Numbered from the stretch's first letter, positions 50,696 to 59,541 are shown. The stretch is 64,000 bases of DNA from Minisyncoccia bacterium (GCA_044356725.1 JBIKVS010000005.1:1-64000); one strand, 5' to 3'. Numbers and translations are program-made. Notes: generated by a model from the letters alone, not told the origin.

Positions 50696-50975
50696 TCCAC
50701 CCTCCCCCTACGGGTACTCCCTCCGAAGGGAGACATTAGCTCAGTCCACACCCGTCGCAAATGTCCTCCTCCCCCGTCGCAAATGGGATTTGCTCCTGTC
50801 CTCCTCCGTCACCTTTGGTGCCACCTCCCCCGAGGGAGGACAGAATGAAATCCATCCCAGCCTTGCAGGCTTTCCCCTCCGAAGGGGGACAATAACTCAA
50901 GTTACAGAATACTTCCACCCTGTCCAGCAAAGCTGTCCACCCCTCAATTTATCGACCGTAGGTGGAGAGAGGAAT
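50696..50975. repeat. Composite REP-like element lacking the full core
   Basis: Order: unit 3, stutter, unit 1, unit-3 variant, unit 2 with CCTACGG insert. Confidence 0.85.
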
Positions 50976-51089
50976 TTTAATACAAAACACAGGCGACTGT
51001 AAGGTCGCTCCTAGGAAACAAATGGTGTGGCAAGAGACCTTAAGGTTTATAAATACTATTTAGATATCACAGAACAATAGCCTATAAAG

Positions 51090-52097
51090 TTATTTTTTTA
51101 TTTTCTCTACTAATTTATCAAAGTCATTTGCGTAATTTTTATCTTGAATTACTCTAAATTTATCATATTCTGCTTCAGCTTTGAGCTTAGCTTCAAGCAT
51201 TGATACTTTACCGTTATCTAGCAAAATTGGATCCCCTGAAAGTTCTAAGAATTGGTGTAAGAAAATATCCCAATCTTTCATATTCATTACTTTTCTATTT
51301 CTGGCTCTACTTTCTGCTAGATCTAAATAAGCCGATACTATTCTCTCTAGTTCTTTAATATGATTTTGATCAAGATAATTCTTAGCTATTACAACATCAC
51401 TTTTTAAAATTTTACCACTGGGAGAATGTTTCCAAGTTTTTAAACCCATAAATATTTTTTTATGATCAGCCTCATTGTATATAATTTCAGCTGCGGTCTT
51501 CCCAGTGATTGCCCAATGTAATTTATTTTGTACTGTTGCAAAAAAATGTTTAGTGATATCTGCTTGACTATCATAATCTGCTGAAAGTGTGTATATATCT
51601 GTTATTTTCTGATATAGTCTCCTCTCACTCATTCGTATTTCACGAATTCTTTCAAGCATTTCATCAAAATAATCTTTACCAAAATGCTTGATTTGTTTCA
51701 GCTTCTCATCATCCATAGCAAAGCCTTTGATTATGTATTCTTGCAGAACTAGAGATGCCCATTTACGGAATTCTATTGCTCTATGTGAATTTACACGATA
51801 TCCAACTGCTAAAATAGCTTGCAAGTTATAATATTCTAATTTTCTTTTAACTTTTCTTTTACCTTCATTTTGAACTATTTCCAAAATGGAAACAGTTGCC
51901 TCTTTGATAAGCTCACCTTCTGTATAAATATTATCTAAATGCTTTGAAATAGCTGGGATTTTGACCTCGAATAACTCAGCCATCTTCTTTTGGGTAAGCC
52001 ATAAGGTTTCATCTTTAAAAAAAACATCAATGTTAATCTTCCCTGAGTCTGTTTGGAATATAACGAAATTATTTAATAGCTCTAAATCTTGGCTCAT
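51090..52097 (-). CDS. RhuM family protein
   Basis: ETLWLTQKKMAELF, YYNLQAILAVGYRVNS, IREIRMSERRLYQK. Confidence 0.9.
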   Translation of the reverse strand: MSQDLELLNNFVIFQTDSGKINIDVFFKDETLWLTQKKMAELFEVKIPAISKHLDNIYTEGELIKEATVSILEIVQNEGKRKVKRKLEYYNLQAILAVGYRVNSHRAIEFRKWASLVLQEYIIKGFAMDDEKLKQIKHFGKDYFDEMLERIREIRMSERRLYQKITDIYTLSADYDSQADITKHFFATVQNKLHWAITGKTAAEIIYNEADHKKIFMGLKTWKHSPSGKILKSDVVIAKNYLDQNHIKELERIVSAYLDLAESRARNRKVMNMKDWDIFLHQFLELSGDPILLDNGKVSMLEAKLKAEAEYDKFRVIQDKNYANDFDKLVEKIKK

Positions 52098-52239
52098 ACT
52101 ATTATGTTTGTATATTATGTAATTTAATTATACCGCATTTTAAGATTTTTGAGGAGGGGTGAAATTATAAATTATGGATTGTTAATTATTAAATGATAAA
52201 TTAGTAGAGTCGGTGCCCTCACCGACATTATTCTAGAAT

Positions 52240-52578
52240 TCCACCCTCCCCCTACGGGTACTCCCTCCTAAGGGAGACATTAGCTCAGTACACAATCACC
52301 CGTTAAAATGTCCGACGCCGTCGCAAATTGGATTTACTCCTGTCCTCACTCCGTCGTCGCAAATGGGGATTCGCTCCTTGAAAACCCACGGTTTCCAACA
52401 CTCGGTCTTTGACCTCGTTGCCTTCCTTCACGGTAAAACTACCGTTTTCCCGACCCCTTTCCCAGAATTTCAGTCTAACTACGGTGACACCTCCCCCAAG
52501 GGAGGACAAAATACTTTTCCACCCCGTCAGGTGAAACCTACCACCCCTCAATTTATCGACCGTAGGTGGAGAGGGGAG
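52240..52578. repeat. Composite REP-like element with core
   Basis: Same modules as 50039-50362. Confidence 0.9.
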
Positions 52579-52659
52579 TTTTAATACAAAATACAGGCGA
52601 CTGTCAGGTCTCACCTATAAATGCAAAAGCTCTCGAGAGTGAAATTTTATATTCTAGGA

Positions 52660-53637
52660 TTACTTCTTACTTAACAATAAACTTACTAAGTCTATCATTT
52701 TATCTTTGTCTTTTGGGTTACTGGTGGCGATGAGTAGGGTTATAGCGGTTAGGGCTTCTGGGGTGATTTTGTGTTGGAATGGGATTTTAGCTTTTTGTAA
52801 AAACCAGATAAAACTAAAGGCTCCGGTTCTTTTATTACCGTCATTGAATGGATGGTTTTTGATGATTAAATACATCAGGTTAGAGGCTTTAGCTTCGATT
52901 GTAGGATAAACATCTTCTCCAAAGGCTGTTTGGAATATATTCCCAAAGATTCCTTCTAGACTTCCTGTCTGTTTCTCTTGGGCGAATAGGTCGGTGGCTT
53001 CTCCTCTACTCTGTAATTCTTGCCTAAATGTTGTAAGGTCATGATATAATTGGTTGGATTCTAGTTGTATGCTCTTTTGTGTTTTGGACTTGGCTTTTAG
53101 TTCAGATTTATCGTAGGCGTCTAGTGAAAACCATGTTTGGCTAAAGGCTTTGATTAATTCTAATATATCATTGGAGGATAGTTGATTCTGAGATATATTT
53201 TGTATATCTGTGAGTGCTTGTTGGAATAGTTTATAATTCTTGGAGATTAGCTTTTTGTTGATGGTATAGCCTTCAGTAATGTGTTGTCTGAGGGTTTGGG
53301 TTGCCCATTGTCTGAATTGAGTTGCTATTTTAGAATTAACTCTGTATCCGACTGATATTAATACATCTAGGTTAAAATATTCTATATTCCTTTCAACTTC
53401 TCTTTCTCCTTCTTTTTGAACTGTTGCAAAAAATGCAACAGCTGAATTTCTATCTAATTCTTCTTCTTTAAAAATATTTTTAATATGTCTTGATATTACT
53501 GATTTATCTCGGCCAAAGACAGAGGCTATCTGATCAAGATTAGCCCAGACTGTTTCTTTACTAAAGTCTCCTTTGAGTTCTATAGCTCCATTTGGTGCTT
53601 GATAGATGATGGTATTGGGTGATTTTTTATTTTTCAT
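52660..53637 (-). CDS. RhuM-N / Fic-Doc fusion protein
   Basis: RhuM N-terminus (YFNLDVLISVGYRVNS) plus HPFNDGNKR Fic/Doc motif. Confidence 0.9.
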   Translation of the reverse strand: MKNKKSPNTIIYQAPNGAIELKGDFSKETVWANLDQIASVFGRDKSVISRHIKNIFKEEELDRNSAVAFFATVQKEGEREVERNIEYFNLDVLISVGYRVNSKIATQFRQWATQTLRQHITEGYTINKKLISKNYKLFQQALTDIQNISQNQLSSNDILELIKAFSQTWFSLDAYDKSELKAKSKTQKSIQLESNQLYHDLTTFRQELQSRGEATDLFAQEKQTGSLEGIFGNIFQTAFGEDVYPTIEAKASNLMYLIIKNHPFNDGNKRTGAFSFIWFLQKAKIPFQHKITPEALTAITLLIATSNPKDKDKMIDLVSLLLSKK

Positions 53638-53727
53638 ATTTTAAGTTATTAATGTTAATATTATACCACATTTTTGTCTTTTTGAAAAGGGGTGGGGCTA
53701 AATTATGAATTGTGAATTGTGAATAAT

Positions 53728-53808
53728 GTCCACCCCCGCCTTGCAGGCTACCCCCTCCAACTACCTACGGGTTTACCTCTCGTAGGGATGGAGTTAAAAA
53801 GGGAGACA
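53728..53808. repeat. REP-like unit 3 with doubly nested inserts
   Basis: ccctcc[aactacctacgg(gtttacctctcgtagggatgg)agttaaaa]agggagaca. Confidence 0.7.
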
Positions 53809-53854
53809 ATAACTCAAAGTTTCAAAAATACTCCAATCCTTCAAGAGGTAACTT

Positions 53855-54808
53855 TTAAATATTTATTAAAATCTCTATACACTCTTCAGCTTTATTACAT
53901 TGCATAAGTTGAGAGCGGATATCACTGGCTCCTGGAAAATTATTGAGATACATTTTGAAGCATTTTTTCATCACGGCAAAGTTTTTCTCTTGTCGCCAAG
54001 TTTGGTCAAAAAGTTGTATATGCTCGATGAGTTTTTGCACCTTTATCTCTGTATTAAGTGTATTGTGGTCTATATTGGGATCGAATATCCAAGGATTATG
54101 GAATACTCCTCTTCCAATCATTATGCCGTCGACTTTATATTGTTCTGCCATTGCTAATCCCTGTTGATAGGATAATATATCACCGTTGCCGATTATAACT
54201 GTCTCTGGACTTAGCTGATTTTTTAGTTTGACGGCTTTACCTATTTCATCCCAATGTGTCGGGTAGTCTGATAGTTCTTTGACTGTGCGTCCATGTACGG
54301 TGAGGGCGTCGAGATTATGTTGTAATAAAAATCCAATCCATTCTTCGGTTTGAATCTCACCAAATCCAATTCTAGTTTTGACACTGACTGGTATATCGCC
54401 CGCTCCCTCTTTGGCGGCTTGAATAATATCTGATGCTAAGTTTGGGTTCTTGATTAAGGCTGAGCAGGCTCCTTGTTTGATTACTTTTTTGACTGGGCAG
54501 CCCATATTGATATCTAGGCCAGCAAATCCTTGTTCTCTAGCATAAACTCCCGCCTGATAATAATGCTCTGGTGTAATGCCCCAAATTTGGGCTACTAGGG
54601 GCTGTTCCTCTGGAGTATACTGCAATCGATGAATTACCTTTGATCTTCCAATTTCAGAGGCGAGTCCTTCAACGCTGGTAAATTCTGTCACCATCACATC
54701 AGGTCTTCCACAAGAGCTAATAATTCTCCTAAAAACAGTATCTGTGACTTCCTCCATAGGAGCTAAGACAAAAAATGGTTTAGGTAATGTTTGCCAAAAA
54801 TTAGACAT
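53855..54808 (-). CDS. tRNA-dihydrouridine synthase (Dus family)
   Basis: LAPME, DINMGCP, PVSVKTRIG, TVHGRT, IGNGDI, MIGRG. Confidence 0.93.
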   Translation of the reverse strand: MSNFWQTLPKPFFVLAPMEEVTDTVFRRIISSCGRPDVMVTEFTSVEGLASEIGRSKVIHRLQYTPEEQPLVAQIWGITPEHYYQAGVYAREQGFAGLDINMGCPVKKVIKQGACSALIKNPNLASDIIQAAKEGAGDIPVSVKTRIGFGEIQTEEWIGFLLQHNLDALTVHGRTVKELSDYPTHWDEIGKAVKLKNQLSPETVIIGNGDILSYQQGLAMAEQYKVDGIMIGRGVFHNPWIFDPNIDHNTLNTEIKVQKLIEHIQLFDQTWRQEKNFAVMKKCFKMYLNNFPGASDIRSQLMQCNKAEECIEILINI

Positions 54809-54940
54809 AGATATATTTAATATACTGCTTATGTTAGCATAAAAGTAGGATATTGGCTACTAGGTTTAATGTTTATAATATTAATAGATCGTAGACAAAT
54901 TATTAGTTATGAATTATGCTTCGACAGGCTCAACAAACTA

Positions 54941-54986
54941 AGTCCTCCTCCGTCACCTACGGTGCCACCTCCCCCAAGGGAGGACA
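54941..54986. repeat. REP-like unit 1 (46 bp)
   Basis: Exact reverse complement of 15779-15824. Confidence 0.9.
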
Positions 54987-55060
54987 CAATACTTTATCTA
55001 CTAGAAAGAAAAAAGCCCCCGCTATCAGCGACGGCGGGGGTAAATATCAATAATCTTAAC

Positions 55061-55459
55061 TCATTGGAGTGGAAGTATAACTTTTTTTCTATCTGCAACG
55101 TATTCTAGTATTAAATACATTATAGAAGCTACTAACCATATTGCTAAAGCAATCAATTTATCTAGGTATCCAAATATAGATATAATAGGTGATATTACTA
55201 CTATTACTAAGATTAGCCAAGCAACGATTATCAAGATTTTTTTACTTTTAAGAATCTGAATCCACCTTTTAAATAAAAATAATTGAAGACCTATAACAGC
55301 ACCTAAAATCACAATAATTATATAAATTACAAGCGCAATTAATTCAATTGCTGGTGATACTATATATTTCCCAAATATACCAAACTTGTTTTTAAAGTAT
55401 TCTGTACAAGTCTCAACAGTGTTGATTAAACCTAGACAAAACTTCAATAAGAAGTTCAC
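55061..55459 (-). CDS. Orphan multi-pass membrane protein
   Basis: Three hydrophobic segments; terminator hairpin at about 55010-55040; start uncertain. Confidence 0.55.
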   Translation of the reverse strand: MNFLLKFCLGLINTVETCTEYFKNKFGIFGKYIVSPAIELIALVIYIIIVILGAVIGLQLFLFKRWIQILKSKKILIIVAWLILVIVVISPIISIFGYLDKLIALAIWLVASIMYLILEYVADRKKVILPLQ

Positions 55460-55518
55460 TCATCATTTAAGGTGCGGGACCACAAATATATTACACCAAA
55501 CACTATAAAATAGCAACA

Positions 55519-56319
55519 CTACCCCACCAATCTCTTCTTTTTACTATCTACACTTGTTAGATAATACTGATATAATCCTTTCCATTGGGAGATAGATAAT
55601 TCCTGAGGTTTAGCTTGAATATGGAATTGATGGGTTTTAGAGAGTCTTTTCCATTGCTCATAGGTAAATATTTCCTCTAAGTTCTTTCCTAAATTACTCT
55701 TTTGTTGGCTAAAGGCGTAGCTTATGAAGTTGATATAATCTTGTTTATGTTCCCAAATTGGAGTAGGTATCTTTTCTAATCTCAATAATTTCACTTCTAC
55801 ATTTGGTTTGGGTGAGAAATCTTCTGACTCAAAATTATAAACTATTTCACATTTATAGAGTGAATTTAGGATAATTGAGATTATACTAGGCTCAGTTTGT
55901 CCAATTACTCTCTCAATGGCTTCTTTTTGGCCAAATATCAATGCGGCTTCCGGATTGTTCTTTGCTAGATATATTCCTTTTATTAGTTCTGAGAAAATAT
56001 TAAAGGGTGGGTTAGAGATGATGTAAAATGGTGCTACTGGATATTGTATTTTACGAATATCTTGCTGTATAACTTTAGCCTTAGATCCAAATTCTTCTTG
56101 AAGTTGCTGATAAAGTTGGCTATCTAATTCGATTGCTTCAACTGTATAATTTCTCTGGATGAGTTCTCTGGTTATAATTCCCTGCCCAGCTCCTAGGTCT
56201 AGAACTAGTGAACCTGCTGGGAGCCTAATAAAGTCTATAATATATCTGATTAAACTTGGGTTTTTGACAAAGTTCTGAGCATAGGTCTGTCTTTGCTGGG
56301 AGTTATATTCTTTGGGCAT
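55519..56319 (-). CDS. rRNA adenine N6-dimethyltransferase, Erm-like (RrnaAD family)
   Basis: AQNF, LDLGAGQG, IELD, ISNPPFNI, DFSPKPNV. Confidence 0.85.
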   Translation of the reverse strand: MPKEYNSQQRQTYAQNFVKNPSLIRYIIDFIRLPAGSLVLDLGAGQGIITRELIQRNYTVEAIELDSQLYQQLQEEFGSKAKVIQQDIRKIQYPVAPFYIISNPPFNIFSELIKGIYLAKNNPEAALIFGQKEAIERVIGQTEPSIISIILNSLYKCEIVYNFESEDFSPKPNVEVKLLRLEKIPTPIWEHKQDYINFISYAFSQQKSNLGKNLEEIFTYEQWKRLSKTHQFHIQAKPQELSISQWKGLYQYYLTSVDSKKKRLVG

Positions 56320-56323
56320 ACAT

Positions 56324-58060
56324 TTAATTCTCTAAATGCTCTATCAAATCCATAACTTTTACCCAGATAGCTTCTTCTTTGGCTAATTTATCTATGGCTT
56401 CTGGGATGCCTAGTCTGACATCTTCTTTAAGATTAGCTATTCTTTTGTCGATTTTACTTAATTCTTTTTTCGCCTGATATAATTCTCTTTTGCGAGTTTT
56501 ATCATCTCCTGTGTATTGTGTGGTTTCTTGTTGAATTTGCTGGGTATTTTGAGCTTGAGTTATGTCTGTATGTTGTTTTAGACTCCAGACATATTCCTCG
56601 TAATTCCCGTTATATTTGGTGATATTTCCATCTTTGACTTGCCAGATTATAGTGGCGAGATTATTCACAAAACTTCTATCATGGCTTACAAAAATTAAAG
56701 TTCCATTCCACTCGGATAATGAACTTCCCATAATCTCTACAGTTTCCATATCTAAATGGTTAGTTGGCTCATCCAAAATCAAGACGTCATATCCTTCTAA
56801 GAATACGGCTGCCAGTCTTAGTCTTGCTTTCTCCCCTCCAGACAATACATTGAGAGGTTTATCATGTTCTGCTTTAGAAAACAAAAAGCTACCCAATGTC
56901 TTCTTAACATCATCGTCACTGATATTAATATCTGCCACTTTGCGTAGATAATCATACACTGTGGCTTGATCTTGGGTATCAAATTCTACGCTTTGAGCAA
57001 AATACCCTACTCTTAACCCATTCCCAAATTTGAATTGACCTTCTAAAGCCTGTAGTTCTCCAGCTAGAGTTTTAAGAAGAGTCGATTTACCTTGTCCATT
57101 ATCTCCTAGCACGGCAACTTTTTGTCCTCTTTCTACATATAAATTTTGTCCTTCGGCGATTTTGGTTGTACCATAACCAATTGTAATAGTACTCACATCT
57201 AATCCCATTCCTGAGCTTTTAGGTATATGTGGTAAATGCATTCTAATTTTAGAATTTGGGGTATATATTGACTTTTTCTCTTGTTCTAGTCGCTCAATAT
57301 GTTTTTGCTTAGATTTAGCTTGAGCAGCTTTGGTAGCTTTAGCTCCAAAACGATTGATGAATTCCTGTAATTGAGCTTGTTTTTTCTCTATGTTTGCATT
57401 GGTACGGATTATTTGGTTTTGTATCATTTGCTTGTATTCAAGATAATCATCTACATTGCCCGGATATAGAGTTACCTGCCCTTGATCTACTTCAATTGTA
57501 CTTGTCATTACTCGGCGTAAAAACTCTCTATCGTGAGTAATTAGCAACACGGTTCCTTTATAAGATAATAGCCAGTTTTCAAATAATAAAATTGTGGATA
57601 AATCCAAATAGTTAGTCGGCTCATCTAATAGAATTAGATTTGGTTTGGCCATTAACATCTTGACTAATTTTAATCTCATTCTATAACCTCCAGAGATATC
57701 CGCGATTGGTAAATCTAGCTTTTCTTTAGGCATATCGAACTCTAGAGCTTGCTTGACGATTTCCCAATCTTGAGCTTTAGTTTTTTCTAAGAGATAGTCT
57801 AGTCCAGTTTGAGTGAAATCAAAATCGTCTTCTTGGGCAATATAGCCAATTCGAACTGTTTTATCTAAACTTATCTCTCCATCATCAGCTTCTTCTAAAC
57901 CTAAAATCATCCGAAATAGTGTACTCTTACCGGCTCCATTACGTCCTAGCACTCCATAGATTTCTCCTTCGTGTATTGAACAGTTAGCTGTATTAAATAT
58001 AACCTTGAGTCCATAATGTTTCTCAAGGTTATATATACGAATTAGTTCTTTCTTTGCCAT
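56324..58060 (-). CDS. ABC-F family ATPase
   Basis: Two ABC domains (GRNGAGKST and GDNGQGKST, LDEPTN twice), interdomain linker, no TM segments. Confidence 0.93.
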   Translation of the reverse strand: MAKKELIRIYNLEKHYGLKVIFNTANCSIHEGEIYGVLGRNGAGKSTLFRMILGLEEADDGEISLDKTVRIGYIAQEDDFDFTQTGLDYLLEKTKAQDWEIVKQALEFDMPKEKLDLPIADISGGYRMRLKLVKMLMAKPNLILLDEPTNYLDLSTILLFENWLLSYKGTVLLITHDREFLRRVMTSTIEVDQGQVTLYPGNVDDYLEYKQMIQNQIIRTNANIEKKQAQLQEFINRFGAKATKAAQAKSKQKHIERLEQEKKSIYTPNSKIRMHLPHIPKSSGMGLDVSTITIGYGTTKIAEGQNLYVERGQKVAVLGDNGQGKSTLLKTLAGELQALEGQFKFGNGLRVGYFAQSVEFDTQDQATVYDYLRKVADINISDDDVKKTLGSFLFSKAEHDKPLNVLSGGEKARLRLAAVFLEGYDVLILDEPTNHLDMETVEIMGSSLSEWNGTLIFVSHDRSFVNNLATIIWQVKDGNITKYNGNYEEYVWSLKQHTDITQAQNTQQIQQETTQYTGDDKTRKRELYQAKKELSKIDKRIANLKEDVRLGIPEAIDKLAKEEAIWVKVMDLIEHLEN

Positions 58061-58118
58061 AGTGTGTATAATATATTTGTATACTATGCCACAAAAACTA
58101 TAAATTTACAATATCAAA

Positions 58119-58445
58119 TTACTGTACAGGAGCTGGAAGAATAGTTTCATTATCTAAAATCTCACTTTCTACAGTTGATTCATCCAAGATAGTATCTGAA
58201 TCTTCTACTAAAGGTAATTCATTAGTTACTTCTGGATCTGTAGTATTTGTTGGTAATTCTACTGTTTCCACTACTTCATCTAATACAGGTGCTGGTTCTT
58301 GGCTTTGTCTGTATAGCAAGAATGCTAATACTCCTCCGCCACCTAGAATTAGAATTAATAGTATAGCTATCAAAGTAGGATTATTTCCTTCTTTTTCTAC
58401 TGGTTCTGGTTGCATGTTTGGTTGTCCGAATACATTACTATCCAT
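58119..58445 (-). CDS. Single-TM protein with acidic tail
   Basis: TM helix LIAILLILILGGGGVLAFLLY; E/D/T/P-rich C-terminus. Confidence 0.7.
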   Translation of the reverse strand: MDSNVFGQPNMQPEPVEKEGNNPTLIAILLILILGGGGVLAFLLYRQSQEPAPVLDEVVETVELPTNTTDPEVTNELPLVEDSDTILDESTVESEILDNETILPAPVQ

Positions 58446-58468
58446 AAGTTTTTACTTAATTATTAATA

Positions 58469-58954
58469 TTATGGGGATATTCTACCCATTGGTCTTGAAT
58501 ATAGTTCAAATATCCCTATCTCTTCAAATGGTGGTCTTCCATCTAAACCTTCTTTAACAGCTTTTGTACCGTCTTTACCACAAATTACAGACATATCACC
58601 TAAAAATCTTGAGCCTCTTCTTATAGAATCTGTTATGTCATATACTACTCCATCTATAATTGTCCAGCAAGAGTCCATATTAGAGTTAGCAAGTAATTGT
58701 TCTTGTGTAATTATAATCTCAGGGACTGGAATGTCTCCTGGATTTATGACTGGGGGGGATGATGGTTCTATTGGAGGTTGGGATACCTGTGCGATAGGTT
58801 GTTCTGATATAGTAGATTGTGCACTATTATCATTATTCTGGTTAATCAATAAAAAAGCTAAAGCACTTCCAGATATCAAAACTAATAATATTAATATTAT
58901 TGTTGATCTAGTAACTTTATTTGAATCTTGTTGAATTAAGTTTGTATTATCCAT
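58469..58954 (-). CDS. Membrane-anchored cytochrome b5-like protein lacking heme-ligand histidines
   Basis: DSCWTIIDGVVYDIT...CGKDGT present, HPGG absent. Confidence 0.75.
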   Translation of the reverse strand: MDNTNLIQQDSNKVTRSTIILILLVLISGSALAFLLINQNNDNSAQSTISEQPIAQVSQPPIEPSSPPVINPGDIPVPEIIITQEQLLANSNMDSCWTIIDGVVYDITDSIRRGSRFLGDMSVICGKDGTKAVKEGLDGRPPFEEIGIFELYSRPMGRISP

Positions 58955-58981
58955 ATTTTTACGTTTATTAATGTAATAATA

Positions 58982-59494
58982 TTACTGAAGGTCTCCTACT
59001 TTAAATCCAGAAAGAATCCTATCTACCCCACCAGTTTTATGTTGTTGGGGTTTAGAAAATAACTGACTCCCATCTTTACCACATATTTGAAGAATTTCTG
59101 ATTCCCCTCCTGGGTGATTTGGTATATAAGAAGTGATATTATATACACTTCCATTTATAATTGTCCAACAAGAACTTTTATTATTATTCTCAGCTACCTG
59201 AGCTATAGTATATACCTGTTCAAAGTTGGTATTTTCATCTACAAGAGATGTGTTATCTACTTGTGTCACTGCGTCAGAATCATTAACTTGACTAGTATCT
59301 GATTCTTGAGAAATTGGTGTAGACGAATCAATAGTATTAGTCTCATCAGCCTGATTAGTACTATACACAGAATAGGCTAGATAAGCTCCAGCTAATACAA
59401 TTAGAACTATAAGAACAATTACAAGTTTAGAACTCTGTTTTTGAGTATTAGGTTGTGTAGTTTGTTCTGAGAAAGATTGATTTTCAAAAGGCAT
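58982..59494 (-). CDS. Membrane-anchored cytochrome b5-like heme/steroid-binding protein
   Basis: SCWTIINGSVYNITSYIPNHPGG...CGKDG...QQH. Confidence 0.88.
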   Translation of the reverse strand: MPFENQSFSEQTTQPNTQKQSSKLVIVLIVLIVLAGAYLAYSVYSTNQADETNTIDSSTPISQESDTSQVNDSDAVTQVDNTSLVDENTNFEQVYTIAQVAENNNKSSCWTIINGSVYNITSYIPNHPGGESEILQICGKDGSQLFSKPQQHKTGGVDRILSGFKVGDLQ

Positions 59495-59541
59495 TGATTT
59501 ATATTTATAATATTTTATTATGTTTTAATTATAACATATAA

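Noticed and set aside
49500-52600. CRISPR array
   Set aside because: Repeats are long, composite and irregularly spaced around whole genes. There are no constant-length spacers and no cas genes.
48960-55500. Classical integron
   Set aside because: No IntI or other tyrosine recombinase in the window, no clear RYYYAAC...GTTRRRY attC boxes, and the cassettes carry their own promoters.
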